Below are positions 46,706 to 55,816 of a stretch of DNA of 59,424 nt, piece by piece. The stretch's first letter is position 1, and the number at the start of each line of letters is the position of its first letter. The notes below the pieces were generated by a model. The model saw only the letters and a program-made list of their open reading frames with translations. It had not been told where the DNA came from and ran no database searches. A program made the translations under genes and the position numbers. The stretch comes from Candidatus Micrarchaeota archaeon. GTDB taxonomy: Archaea > Micrarchaeota > Micrarchaeia > Micrarchaeales > CABMGC01. Location of the stretch: contig JAJZIU010000002.1 in NCBI GenBank assembly GCA_021810455.1, positions 1 through 59,424 of the forward strand, given 5' to 3'.

Positions 46706-47410
46706 ATGAAAAACATAATGAAACTTGATAGAAGTGTCATAGTGTCATGTGATGTGAAATCTCTTAAAGAACTTGAAAATCTCATCAGATCAACAAATGA
46801 TGTAGAGAAAATAGGTGGTTACAAGGTTGGACCTTTGCTCACTATACCGTTTGGATTGAGAAACGTGTCTAAGATTATAAGAGACTATAGTGACCTTCCG
46901 ATAATATACGATCATCAGAAAGGTGGTACTGACATACCAGAGTTAGGAGAAGATTTCGTAGACGTGACAGTTTCATCTGGTGCTGATGCCATTATATTGT
47001 TCCCAATGTCTGGACCAAATACTGAGAAAGCGTGGATAGAAGCCTGCAATAACAAAGATGTGTGTGTGATCGTTGGAGGAGAGATGACACATCAAGGATA
47101 CAAAACAAGTGAGGGAGGTTATATATCTGATGAAGCATTGGATAGGATTTATACATTGGCAGCTGAATTAGGAGTAACAAATTATGTAGTTCCGGGGAAT
47201 AGGGTTGATAGGATTAAGCACTATTTGAGCCTATTGGAAAGCAAAGCAGATAGGATAGAACTGTTTTCTCCAGGGTTAATAACCCAGGGAGGTTCGATAA
47301 CTGATGCTGCACGTGCTGCGGGAAAGAGATGGCATGCGATAGTAGGTAGGTACATATATAGGGCAGAGGATATCAGAGCTGCTGCTATTGAAGCAACAAG
47401 CCAACTTTGA
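46706..47410 (+). CDS. pyrF: Orotidine 5'-phosphate decarboxylase
   Basis: IVSCD, GYKVG, YDHQKGGTDIP, MTH, VVPG, SPGLITQGG, IVGRYIY. Confidence 0.85.
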   Translation: MKNIMKLDRSVIVSCDVKSLKELENLIRSTNDVEKIGGYKVGPLLTIPFGLRNVSKIIRDYSDLPIIYDHQKGGTDIPELGEDFVDVTVSSGADAIILFPMSGPNTEKAWIEACNNKDVCVIVGGEMTHQGYKTSEGGYISDEALDRIYTLAAELGVTNYVVPGNRVDRIKHYLSLLESKADRIELFSPGLITQGGSITDAARAAGKRWHAIVGRYIYRAEDIRAAAIEATSQL

Positions 47411-47464
47411 ATGTTCAGCAAAGATTTTTATTATATAACAGCCAATAAAGCCATATTAATAAGT

Positions 47465-47537
47465 GCGAGCGTAGTCTAGCCTGGTAGGACTTTGCCTTGC
47501 CAAGGCAAGAACCCGGGTTCAAATCCCGGCACTCGCA
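47465..47537 (+). tRNA. tRNA-Gly(GCC), intron-less
   Basis: Acceptor GCGAGCG/CACTCGC (one C-A mismatch), anticodon arm TTGCC-TTGCCAA-GGCAA, T-arm CCGGG-TTCAAAT-CCCGG. Confidence 0.93.
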
Positions 47538-47576
47538 TTTGATTTTTCATTTACTAAGAATAAGTAAGTTTTATCT

Positions 47577-48053
47577 ATGTGCGAGTTTGTCATAAGAAAG
47601 GGTACAGAAAAAGATTTTGGCGATGTACTTACTCAGATAAAAGAACTTGCGGAATTTGAAAAGGCACCGAATGCAGTGACAAATTCGATTAGTCAGATGA
47701 AACATGAAAAGAACTTATTTGATTTTTTTGTTGCTATACAGAAAGGAAAGATGATAGGATATGCACTGTACTTTTTCTCTTATTCCACATGGGTTGGGAA
47801 AAGCCTTTATCTGGAAGATATTTATGTAAGGCCAGAATGTAGGAATGTTAAGGTAGGAAGTAGATTATTGATGAAGGTGTTTGAAGTTGCAAGGAAAGAA
47901 AAATGTAAGAGGATACGCTGGCAGGTATTGAAATGGAACAAAACTGCGATAGAGTTTTACAAACGGTATGGGGCAGAAATACACCATGAATGGTTGAATT
48001 GTGACTTTGACGAAGAGGGAATAAAAGAAGTTCTAAGAAAAAATCAAAAATGA
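47577..48053 (+). CDS. GNAT acetyltransferase (diamine N-acetyltransferase-like)
   Basis: ELAEFEK, YSTWVGKSLYLEDIYVRPECR, WQVLKWNKTAIEFY. Confidence 0.9.
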   Translation: MCEFVIRKGTEKDFGDVLTQIKELAEFEKAPNAVTNSISQMKHEKNLFDFFVAIQKGKMIGYALYFFSYSTWVGKSLYLEDIYVRPECRNVKVGSRLLMKVFEVARKEKCKRIRWQVLKWNKTAIEFYKRYGAEIHHEWLNCDFDEEGIKEVLRKNQK

Positions 48054-48066
48054 GAGCAGTTATCAT

Positions 48067-48558
48067 TTAAGTTTTCGTTTCTGAAAGTTGTACTTCCACT
48101 CTCCTATCAACATTGCTTGTGATAAAAACTTTAGTCGGATGAATCTTGAAGAATCTGAACTCCGCAGGTTCAAGATAATCATCGGGCCTATATCTTTGTG
48201 TTGGAGACATGTCAGAATCCGGGAACAGTTTTTCGCAATATAGATTTATCACCCCAGTTATTACATCTTTACCAACAACAGACGCAGTGGCTTCTGCTTG
48301 TATGCCTTCAGATAAACCTATTGCCTGTGTAGAATTGAATATTGCGATGCTTACTTGGGGATTTGAAGTTATGTTCTTTGCATGCACCGAATCTATTGCA
48401 GAAAGAAAATAGAAATCATAATTTTGATCATGGACATACAATATAGGAGATGCCCAAGGTTTTAATTTTTGATCAGAAGTTGCCAAAACCATATATTTAT
48501 TATTTTTTATAAGCTTTAATGCTAATTCTTTTTCTGTTATGTATTTTCCATCAGACAT
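48067..48558 (-). CDS. Pyridoxamine 5'-phosphate oxidase-like FMN-binding split-barrel protein
   Basis: MVLAT...PWASP...FYFLS...SVHAKNI..NPQVSIAI. Confidence 0.82.
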   Translation of the reverse strand: MSDGKYITEKELALKLIKNNKYMVLATSDQKLKPWASPILYVHDQNYDFYFLSAIDSVHAKNITSNPQVSIAIFNSTQAIGLSEGIQAEATASVVGKDVITGVINLYCEKLFPDSDMSPTQRYRPDDYLEPAEFRFFKIHPTKVFITSNVDRRVEVQLSETKT

Positions 48559-48619
48559 CGATTCACCAAACAGATATGAACTCTAAGACAAAATTTAAAA
48601 AGGTGAGTACTTGGAACGC

Positions 48620-49837
48620 TCAATTTGGGAAAATATTGTTTATTATGAAATTCGGATCGTATCGTATAAGATCGTTATAACCTTCACCAGTACCAAAATA
48701 TAGTATAGGTATGCTAGTTTCACTTAGAATAGATAGCGTATTTCCGCCTTTTGCATCACAATCTAATTTTGTTAGAATTATGCCATCTATACCTATAGCG
48801 TTATTAAACTCTTTAACCTGTTCGAGTAAGGAATTACCAGTTATACTTTCTCCAACAAATAGTTTTAAGTTAGGCTTTGCCACACGGTTCATTTTTTTTA
48901 ATTCCTCAATGAGGCTTTTGTTTGTTTCCTGTCTTCCGGCACTGTCTATCAGCACGACGTCTATACCTCTTGCTTTTGCGTGTACTATGGCATCGAATGC
49001 GATGCTTGATGGATCTGAACCATACGCCCCTTTTACAACTTCGATTCCGAGTTTCTGCGCATGTATGGCAGTTTGCTCTATGGCTGCAGCTCTGAACGTG
49101 TCGCTTGCGGATAGAAGGCAGGTCAGATTATTTTCCATAAACATTTCGGCTATTTTTGCCATGGTGGTTGTCTTGCCAGCACCATTTGGACCTATGAATA
49201 ATATTTTGAACGGCGTCTCTCCGTTATTTTTTGAATTGGAAGCCAGTTGTAATAAGTCAACATTGCTACTTTTCATCAATACAGACAATATAGAATTTTT
49301 AATCATGGAATATAGTTCGGTTTCTATGTTCCTTGATTCTATAGTTTTGCCAGTAAGATCTCTTTTTATTGCGCTGAGTATTTTCTCTGCGGCTTCGTAA
49401 TTGACATCAGATTGAAGAAGTTCTAAATGGAGTTTTTCGATGAATGGTTCAACATCATTCTCGGATATTTTTACTTTGCCAACAAGTACACTTTTTATTT
49501 TTGTACTTATTCCGACTTTGGCTGCGGACTGATTTTGTATAGGTCTTGGTTCTTTTGATTTTTCCACGATTTTTTGAGGCTCGGTTTGTGGTTTAAGTTC
49601 TTTTGGTTTTGCAATAGTTGGTTTCTCATATTTTTCTGGTTCCTTTGTTTTTGAAATTTTCGGCTCTTCTTTTTGGATCTCTTGTTCTTTGACAGAAGGT
49701 TTAGGCAGTACTTGTTCTTCAATTGACTTTGATTCCACAATTTGTGTCTCTTTAGCTTCCTCTTCGACCTTTTCTTCCTCTTTCTTGGAAAGTGAGTTTA
49801 CAAAGCTTGAGAATTTCTTTTTTAGACCTTCAAACAT
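48620..49837 (-). CDS. ftsY: Signal recognition particle receptor FtsY
   Basis: GPNGAGKTTTMAK, DTFRAAAIEQ, DSAGR, TKLD, KGG; charged N-terminal region. Confidence 0.96.
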   Translation of the reverse strand: MFEGLKKKFSSFVNSLSKKEEEKVEEEAKETQIVESKSIEEQVLPKPSVKEQEIQKEEPKISKTKEPEKYEKPTIAKPKELKPQTEPQKIVEKSKEPRPIQNQSAAKVGISTKIKSVLVGKVKISENDVEPFIEKLHLELLQSDVNYEAAEKILSAIKRDLTGKTIESRNIETELYSMIKNSILSVLMKSSNVDLLQLASNSKNNGETPFKILFIGPNGAGKTTTMAKIAEMFMENNLTCLLSASDTFRAAAIEQTAIHAQKLGIEVVKGAYGSDPSSIAFDAIVHAKARGIDVVLIDSAGRQETNKSLIEELKKMNRVAKPNLKLFVGESITGNSLLEQVKEFNNAIGIDGIILTKLDCDAKGGNTLSILSETSIPILYFGTGEGYNDLIRYDPNFIINNIFPN

Positions 49838-49848
49838 TCAAATACCCA

Positions 49849-50265
49849 TCACTGCATCAAGGAAAGTTTGTAGGATATATCAACGAGCTCATTCTGGAGT
49901 CTCTGTTTCTCAGTAACAAGTTTTTTTATAACATCTTCGTTTTTCTTACTACTTTCCGAAACAAACACAGTTGCTTCTTCTACATTCTTTTCTACAAGAT
50001 AACCTGCACCTATGTAAGTTATCACTTTGTTTATTGATTTTATTGATGCTTCTATGTAGGTGCCACCATCACAATTTATAAGAGTGTTAGAATTCTCTAG
50101 TTTTTTTATGTTATCAAGCATTAACTTGCTGTTGGAGAGCGAATTTAGAGCCATAGAGTAGTTGGCTATCTCATTTTCTACTATTTCGTACTGTTGTGAG
50201 TAAACGTTTTGTAGATATCTAAGTTGCATGACAGCTTCGGATGTGTCTGTCTTATTGATTTCCAT
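49849..50265 (-). CDS. pfdA: Prefoldin alpha subunit
   Basis: Coiled coil with central GGTYIEA...VITYIGAGYLVEK hairpins; conserved position before ftsY. Confidence 0.88.
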   Translation of the reverse strand: MEINKTDTSEAVMQLRYLQNVYSQQYEIVENEIANYSMALNSLSNSKLMLDNIKKLENSNTLINCDGGTYIEASIKSINKVITYIGAGYLVEKNVEEATVFVSESSKKNEDVIKKLVTEKQRLQNELVDISYKLSLMQ

Positions 50266-50327
50266 TTATATCACAAATATAATCAATCACGGATTTATAA
50301 ATTTGTCTACAATGAACATTATCTGGA

Positions 50328-50993
50328 TTATAAACCAAGAGCATTGGACATGTTAGCAAGCTCGTATCCAGTAGTTTCACTTCCTGTTAACAAACCATTA
50401 GAATTTGCAGAAACACATATTCCGATATGAACAGATCCCAGATTTGCAGTGGATTGCTCTACATTTCCGAAAATTTTTTTAAGTTCGTCAATCTCTTCTT
50501 CTGTTGCCTTATTGTTTACAACCATCCCCTTGTTAGTTAATACGTTGTTTGCACCTACTGTGTTATAACCGCCGATCGAGATGCGTATTATTTCAGTGTC
50601 AAGAGCATCACGTATCTTTTTTTCATCATTTTTACTAAATTCAGGATTTATCAGGGATATTTTATCGTTTGATAGTATGTTATTACCAAGTGCATTTAAC
50701 TCTGAATTTATAACAGCGATGTTGATATCTTGAAGCTCTTGTTTTATTCTTTGTAACTCATCCTTGTATAAAAGATCCGGTAGCAGTAAGGACCTGGAGT
50801 TAGAGCGCGAGTATATGCCAACCAGATTAGAGCCATTTATACTCAATCTTGCAACATTAGTTTTTAGTGTGTCTTTTACTATGTGTTCGATGTTTAGAGT
50901 TATGTCATTGCCAATTATGGTGAATTGATCAGATGCGAGTACGAATGCGCCCACATAGCTATTCCCATTTATATCGATTTTTGTTATTCCCAT
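50328..50993 (-). CDS. eif6: Translation initiation factor 6 (aIF6)
   Basis: GSNLVGI, NALGNNIL.ND, VGA..VLTNKG, TANLGS, ANSNG...GSETTGYEL. Confidence 0.93.
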   Translation of the reverse strand: MGITKIDINGNSYVGAFVLASDQFTIIGNDITLNIEHIVKDTLKTNVARLSINGSNLVGIYSRSNSRSLLLPDLLYKDELQRIKQELQDINIAVINSELNALGNNILSNDKISLINPEFSKNDEKKIRDALDTEIIRISIGGYNTVGANNVLTNKGMVVNNKATEEEIDELKKIFGNVEQSTANLGSVHIGICVSANSNGLLTGSETTGYELANMSNALGL

Positions 50994-51052
50994 AGTCAGC
51001 ACTTGGAAAATAGAAGGAGCATGTGAAGGCGTGAGCTCTGATATTTGTTGTG

Positions 51053-51478
51053 TTACGCCTTCTTCTCTTCCGATTGTTCTTCTACATTTTTACTGTTTTG
51101 CTGTTTTTGTGACTTTGTATTTTTTACAGGCTTTTTTGTACTGTTTTCAGTGTTTTGCAATTGCTGTTTTTCTTCCTTTTTAGGTTGTTTTTGTGTTTGT
51201 TGTTCCTTTAGAGTTGCAGAAACTTTGTTCTTCATTTCCGCAGGAAGATCAAGCACAAGTTTCTGACCATTCTTCTCTGCATTTATTTTTATTTTGCTCA
51301 TGCTTGAAACATTTTGCATTATATAACTGTTCAATCCGGTAGTTATGCTTATGTTCTGCTCGTTTTCATTTAAGAAACGCGCAGTATGGCCTTTGACAAG
51401 AGCAACAGCATTTCCTACTCTTTTTGCCCCATGTTTACTTAACAACTTGTGCCTCAGATTTATGGTCATTATTGCCAT
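51053..51478 (-). CDS. rpl31e: 50S ribosomal protein L31e (divergent, with K/Q/E-rich tail)
   Basis: MTINLR...KR...A...ARF...LNSYI pattern; syntenic between rpl39e and aIF6. Confidence 0.7.
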   Translation of the reverse strand: MAIMTINLRHKLLSKHGAKRVGNAVALVKGHTARFLNENEQNISITTGLNSYIMQNVSSMSKIKINAEKNGQKLVLDLPAEMKNKVSATLKEQQTQKQPKKEEKQQLQNTENSTKKPVKNTKSQKQQNSKNVEEQSEEKKA

Positions 51479-51637
51479 TTAATCACTTATCCTAAGTTTT
51501 CTTCGCCTCCAATCGCGTTGGAACTTGTTGTACTGTACACGCCTGTGTGTCCTAAGCATTGCGAGTACCGGTATCCTCTTGTTCTGTTTTAACTTGTTTC
51601 CAAGTCGCATTTTTTTCAATTTGCTTTTCTTGCTCAT
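51479..51637 (-). CDS. rpl39e: 50S ribosomal protein L39e (52 aa; not in the supplied ORF track)
   Basis: MSKKSKLKKMRLGNKLKQNKRIPVLAMLRTHRRVQYNKFQRDWRRRKLRISD; KQNxRxP and WRR motifs; synteny. Confidence 0.92.
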   Translation of the reverse strand: MSKKSKLKKMRLGNKLKQNKRIPVLAMLRTHRRVQYNKFQRDWRRRKLRISD

Positions 51638-51641
51638 AAAA

Positions 51642-51944
51642 TCACTTATGTTTTATTTCGATTTTAGGTTCTGGTCTGAACGTAAGTCTTGCCAGAAGAT
51701 CCTTAAGTTGAGTTTCATTTATTTTGGAGCCTAATTTGTTGCTTTGTGCCATCGAAATTATAAGATCGAGAAGCTGGGAATACAGTTGCGGGTTCGAGAT
51801 TCTCACATTCATCAGTCTTTCGTAAGCATCCGGAGTCATATATCTTTTTACTATTTCTTTCTTTTGCTGTTCTATCTGCATTGCCCTTATACGTTTAGAG
51901 TAAGCCTTCCTTATCCTGTCTTCATCTTGCTGTTCTTCAGCCAT
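51642..51944 (-). CDS. PDCD5-like DNA-binding protein
   Basis: MTPDAYERLMNVRISNP, KINETQLKDLL; syntenic between rps19e and rpl39e. Confidence 0.88.
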   Translation of the reverse strand: MAEEQQDEDRIRKAYSKRIRAMQIEQQKKEIVKRYMTPDAYERLMNVRISNPQLYSQLLDLIISMAQSNKLGSKINETQLKDLLARLTFRPEPKIEIKHK

Positions 51945-51945
51945 T

Positions 51946-52362
51946 TTATGCACTCTTCTTTATACTTTCAGCGGTCTTATCCATAAGCGATCTTCCAGAA
52001 GGGGTGATTACTCTTCCTGATTTTGTTTTTTTGATATAGCCTGATTTCTCAAGTGTGTCAAAAGCGTCTTTTATTATGCTACCCCCCGACCTTACATGAT
52101 GATGCCTATGTACGACATGTCTTTTCCTATTGCCATATCTTGTCCTTAGGCGAGATATGCCTATCGGACCGTTGAAATAAACCTGTCTTAATATAGAAGC
52201 ACATCTAGTGTACCAGAAATCTGGGCTCGTCGGGACTCTATCTTTACCAGCGCCGGTTTTAACAAGACCGACATATGCAGGTTTTTGTATTCCTGTCTCT
52301 TTTAGTTTATCTGCGAGTTTGTTTACAAGCTCTGACGTATCAACTTCATTTATGTTTGCCAT
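51946..52362 (-). CDS. rps19e: 30S ribosomal protein S19e
   Basis: VKTG...P...DFWYTRCASILRQVY, GPIGISRLRTRYG, GRVITPSG. Confidence 0.96.
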   Translation of the reverse strand: MANINEVDTSELVNKLADKLKETGIQKPAYVGLVKTGAGKDRVPTSPDFWYTRCASILRQVYFNGPIGISRLRTRYGNRKRHVVHRHHHVRSGGSIIKDAFDTLEKSGYIKKTKSGRVITPSGRSLMDKTAESIKKSA

Positions 52363-52561
52363 CTCTGCACCACGAATTTAGCAGTATTATGAGCTAATTA
52401 AGGTATTTATTTGTTTGCTATCTAGAATAGAGCTAGAATATTTAGCTTTCTAAAGTCGCATACCTTAAGTAACAACTAAAGTATACATCAGAAAACTATT
52501 TAAAAGATTTATCTCATGTATACTCTGTGATTGCCTGAAATACAGACGCTCAGAGAAACAT

Positions 52562-54226
52562 GTGAAGACTATTAAGAAAACAAAAAACGGGAAAAAGAAC
52601 AGCAATCCATACGTTTTGATAGTTGCAGTGTTGCTTTTTGCAATAGTGATTAACGCTGCGGTTTACGCGTTTTCGCATATTGAAGGTCCGAGTACCTATG
52701 GAGATGATGCAAATTATTTGTGGTTGGCAAATTCCGTTGACAATGGGAGTTTCCTCATAAATCCAGGTTACATATTTTCAGTAAGGCTAATGCAGTTTAT
52801 GCCTATCGCCTTATTTTACAAGATCTTCGGATTTACGCTTGTAGGAGCAACGTTTTGGGACATTATGGCATACATTGGCGGTATATTAGTAACATTCATG
52901 ATTGGAAAATTTATTTACGGTTATAAAGAAGCGCTTTTAGGTGCATTTTTGTTTAGCATATTCCCGGTTGTTACAAAATTTGCAGTGAACACAGGGGAAG
53001 ATGTACCGCTAACATTTGTCTCAGGGTTGACGATTTTGATGTTTCTGTACGGTGAAAGATTCCAGGGTTTAAAAGGCAGAATACCTTATCTTGTTAGTGG
53101 GATTTTACTTGTTGTTGCATGGCTTATAGGTTATGAAGCAGGGATAATAATTGCGTTTGTGTTGTTATACGGCTTTATTGAATTGTTTAGAAGGAAGATT
53201 ATTATTGATGGAAAGGCCTTGTTCTTCGTTTATGGAATTATACTTGCATTTGTAGTTACCTTCGTGTTTAGTTACCTGAATTCGCATCTTGCTTTTGCCA
53301 CAATAACCGTGAATAATAGGTTTTATAGTGCGATAGGATCTAAGGTAAATAACTTACCGACCATACCTACTGCTAACCAGAATCTTGACTTTTACTTAGA
53401 GGGCATGTTCCCTTACGGAATTGTAAATATTCTTCTGCATGGTGGAGGCTTAGGCAACGCAGTACACACAGTTTATAATGAAGTACTGACATTGCCAGCG
53501 AATGATAGTGATTTCGGAGTATACTTCTATCTTTTCGTTATATTTGCAATTGTCCTACTACTGTATAGAGACAGGAGTTCGTATTTTTTCCTTGCATGGT
53601 TTGGTGTGGCATTTGCACTCCTAGAGTTCGGACCGATGCATGTTGGATTAGGTTTGAACCCCATACACGTAACATACATACTTGCGCATAGATTGAGAAG
53701 ATTCTTGATGATACTTGCCATACCGTTGGTTCTTGTTGTTTCTAGAGGAATGTTTGCGCTAATAAAGCCAAAAAACAGGTATTTCAGATTTGTAGGTTTC
53801 GCTGTGTTCTTGACATTGATAGTTTTCATATATCTCACAAGTTCACTGCTTACTAATTTCTGGTATTATTTGCAAGAACAACAGAATGGCAGCACTCTGG
53901 CCGCTGGTACATACATCAGAAGCCTGGGAAGTAATGTCACAGTTTATGTGGAGGATATGCAGGGGCCCATAATAACAGCACAGGGGTCAGATTTTCCAGC
54001 TTTTGCAGGAAGACCACAGAGTCAGAACATAGTGAATGTTAATAGTACCGAACTTTGTTCGGCTTATAACCCAGGCAGTTACGTCGTGTGGAATGGTACG
54101 AAAGAATGTAGCAATTGGATAAATGTATATAATATAAGTGTAACAAATCTTAATCAAAAAACAATAAATGAAATCGGATGGTATCAGATACCTTATAGTC
54201 CTACTAATGTCTATAGAGTTGGGTAG
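52562..54226 (+). CDS. GT-C (GT39/ArnT-like) multi-TM glycosyltransferase
   Basis: GDDANY acidic pair after the first TM, many TM helices, EDVP, RLRRFL, extracellular C-terminal domain. Confidence 0.78.
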   Translation: MKTIKKTKNGKKNSNPYVLIVAVLLFAIVINAAVYAFSHIEGPSTYGDDANYLWLANSVDNGSFLINPGYIFSVRLMQFMPIALFYKIFGFTLVGATFWDIMAYIGGILVTFMIGKFIYGYKEALLGAFLFSIFPVVTKFAVNTGEDVPLTFVSGLTILMFLYGERFQGLKGRIPYLVSGILLVVAWLIGYEAGIIIAFVLLYGFIELFRRKIIIDGKALFFVYGIILAFVVTFVFSYLNSHLAFATITVNNRFYSAIGSKVNNLPTIPTANQNLDFYLEGMFPYGIVNILLHGGGLGNAVHTVYNEVLTLPANDSDFGVYFYLFVIFAIVLLLYRDRSSYFFLAWFGVAFALLEFGPMHVGLGLNPIHVTYILAHRLRRFLMILAIPLVLVVSRGMFALIKPKNRYFRFVGFAVFLTLIVFIYLTSSLLTNFWYYLQEQQNGSTLAAGTYIRSLGSNVTVYVEDMQGPIITAQGSDFPAFAGRPQSQNIVNVNSTELCSAYNPGSYVVWNGTKECSNWINVYNISVTNLNQKTINEIGWYQIPYSPTNVYRVG

Positions 54227-55816
54227 ATGGGAATTTCAAATAGAATGTTTGTTTTAGCGATGATTGTCTGGGTTTTTGCAACGGGTAGTTTTTTTGCCCA
54301 ATCATGCAACTACAATATAATGGGAAACAACAATTCAGAATACACATATTCGAATTGTTCTACCATAACTGTGAATTTTGGATCAGGAGCGATGAACAAC
54401 AGTTTCAGCTGTAATAATAGCAGGACAATTAAACTAACTTCAGCGATTTTTGGAAATGGAACTTACAACAACACTATTTACAATTGTACATACTCTAATG
54501 CAAAAATATACGTAATGCACAACTCATCCAACAACCTCATAGGGAATGAGGGCAACAGATCCTTGATTTTTGCTGACAACGAATCTAGTATTGCAGAAGG
54601 CTACTACTTTAAATTTGTGTCTTTAAACAGGCAAGGGAAAACAGGAATAGAGGGTTTTGCGGCGCTGTTCCCATATGCACTAGAGGTATATAGCAATAGA
54701 GCAGCTAATGACCAAGACATAACACTTAATTTCTTGAGACAGATAGCTAATAATAACAATTATATGATGCCTAGATTTGGATATTATATACCGGGACCTG
54801 TTGGAGCAGGCAATGTTTCGTTTGCAGTTGAAAAAGAACTTATTTATAAGAACAAGAATGTTAATTTCAATCCCTATTGGTTTATAGTGCCGTATTGGGG
54901 TCATGACATACTCTCATTCAAGGAGTTTAATATAACTGGCAATATGAATTACACGCCAACATTTGTTGTGCCAGATATGGCAGAATGGTATCAGATGCCG
55001 GATAATGCAAATGTATACTGGAATTATACCGTTATAAAATACAGCAATGCGCCAAACATGACTGCGTATTTGTGGAAAGGTTGGCAAGCATCTCCAAACG
55101 GAAGCATAATATACACAGTTGGAAACATTACCAATGAAACGATACGTTTTGATAGGGGAAGGCAAACATTAGGGATACACGAAACTATAGCTGTTCTTAA
55201 GTCCCCTAGTGTTGGAGAGCAAGACAATTCTACAACTGAAACTTATTCTGTAGGGCTTTCAGCATGCACCGTAATACCTTTGAATATGTCAGGATATTAT
55301 TCGATGAATGTACATGAATTATACCTTCCCGGGATATTTCAACCGACAAATAAGACATGCGATTACGCAGTTACTGTTGATATAAGCAATGTTACAATAA
55401 ATTGTAAAGGGGGAGTAATAAATTCTACGAAACAGAGCATACAAGTTTTTGACTCTAAAAATGTTAACTTTGAGAATTGCAATATTGAAGGAAATGCATT
55501 TAACTTGTATAATTCGAGTGTGGAAGTTATTAACTCGAGTGTGAAAGCAGATTATCACAATAACACTTTAGTTTCAGGAATGCTGTCAAACATAACTTTT
55601 GTTTACACAAAGATAAACGGATACAATTACACACCAGAATCAAATCAGACATTAAAGATATTATATGATAATAAGTTGGTGCGTAGCACTACAAAAGCAG
55701 TTAGCACTGCGGGAGTTTCGTTTAAGCCAGCTTATTATGCGTTGGGAGCATTCATTTGCATGGTAATCATAAGTGCAATAGTTTATCTTGCGATGGTTAA
55801 AACGTTGAAGCTTTAG
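54227..55816 (+). CDS. Secreted Asn-rich surface glycoprotein with beta-helix-like segments and a C-terminal TM anchor
   Basis: Signal peptide, many N-x-S/T sequons, SNVTINCKG/SKNVNFENCNI beta-helix-like motifs, C-terminal hydrophobic helix. Confidence 0.65.
   Translation: MGISNRMFVLAMIVWVFATGSFFAQSCNYNIMGNNNSEYTYSNCSTITVNFGSGAMNNSFSCNNSRTIKLTSAIFGNGTYNNTIYNCTYSNAKIYVMHNSSNNLIGNEGNRSLIFADNESSIAEGYYFKFVSLNRQGKTGIEGFAALFPYALEVYSNRAANDQDITLNFLRQIANNNNYMMPRFGYYIPGPVGAGNVSFAVEKELIYKNKNVNFNPYWFIVPYWGHDILSFKEFNITGNMNYTPTFVVPDMAEWYQMPDNANVYWNYTVIKYSNAPNMTAYLWKGWQASPNGSIIYTVGNITNETIRFDRGRQTLGIHETIAVLKSPSVGEQDNSTTETYSVGLSACTVIPLNMSGYYSMNVHELYLPGIFQPTNKTCDYAVTVDISNVTINCKGGVINSTKQSIQVFDSKNVNFENCNIEGNAFNLYNSSVEVINSSVKADYHNNTLVSGMLSNITFVYTKINGYNYTPESNQTLKILYDNKLVRSTTKAVSTAGVSFKPAYYALGAFICMVIISAIVYLAMVKTLKL

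Noticed and set aside
48711..49400. 229-aa plus-strand ORF, and similar antisense ORFs opposite sua5, sufC and ftsZ
   Set aside because: Shadow frames fully overlapping well-supported genes on the other strand
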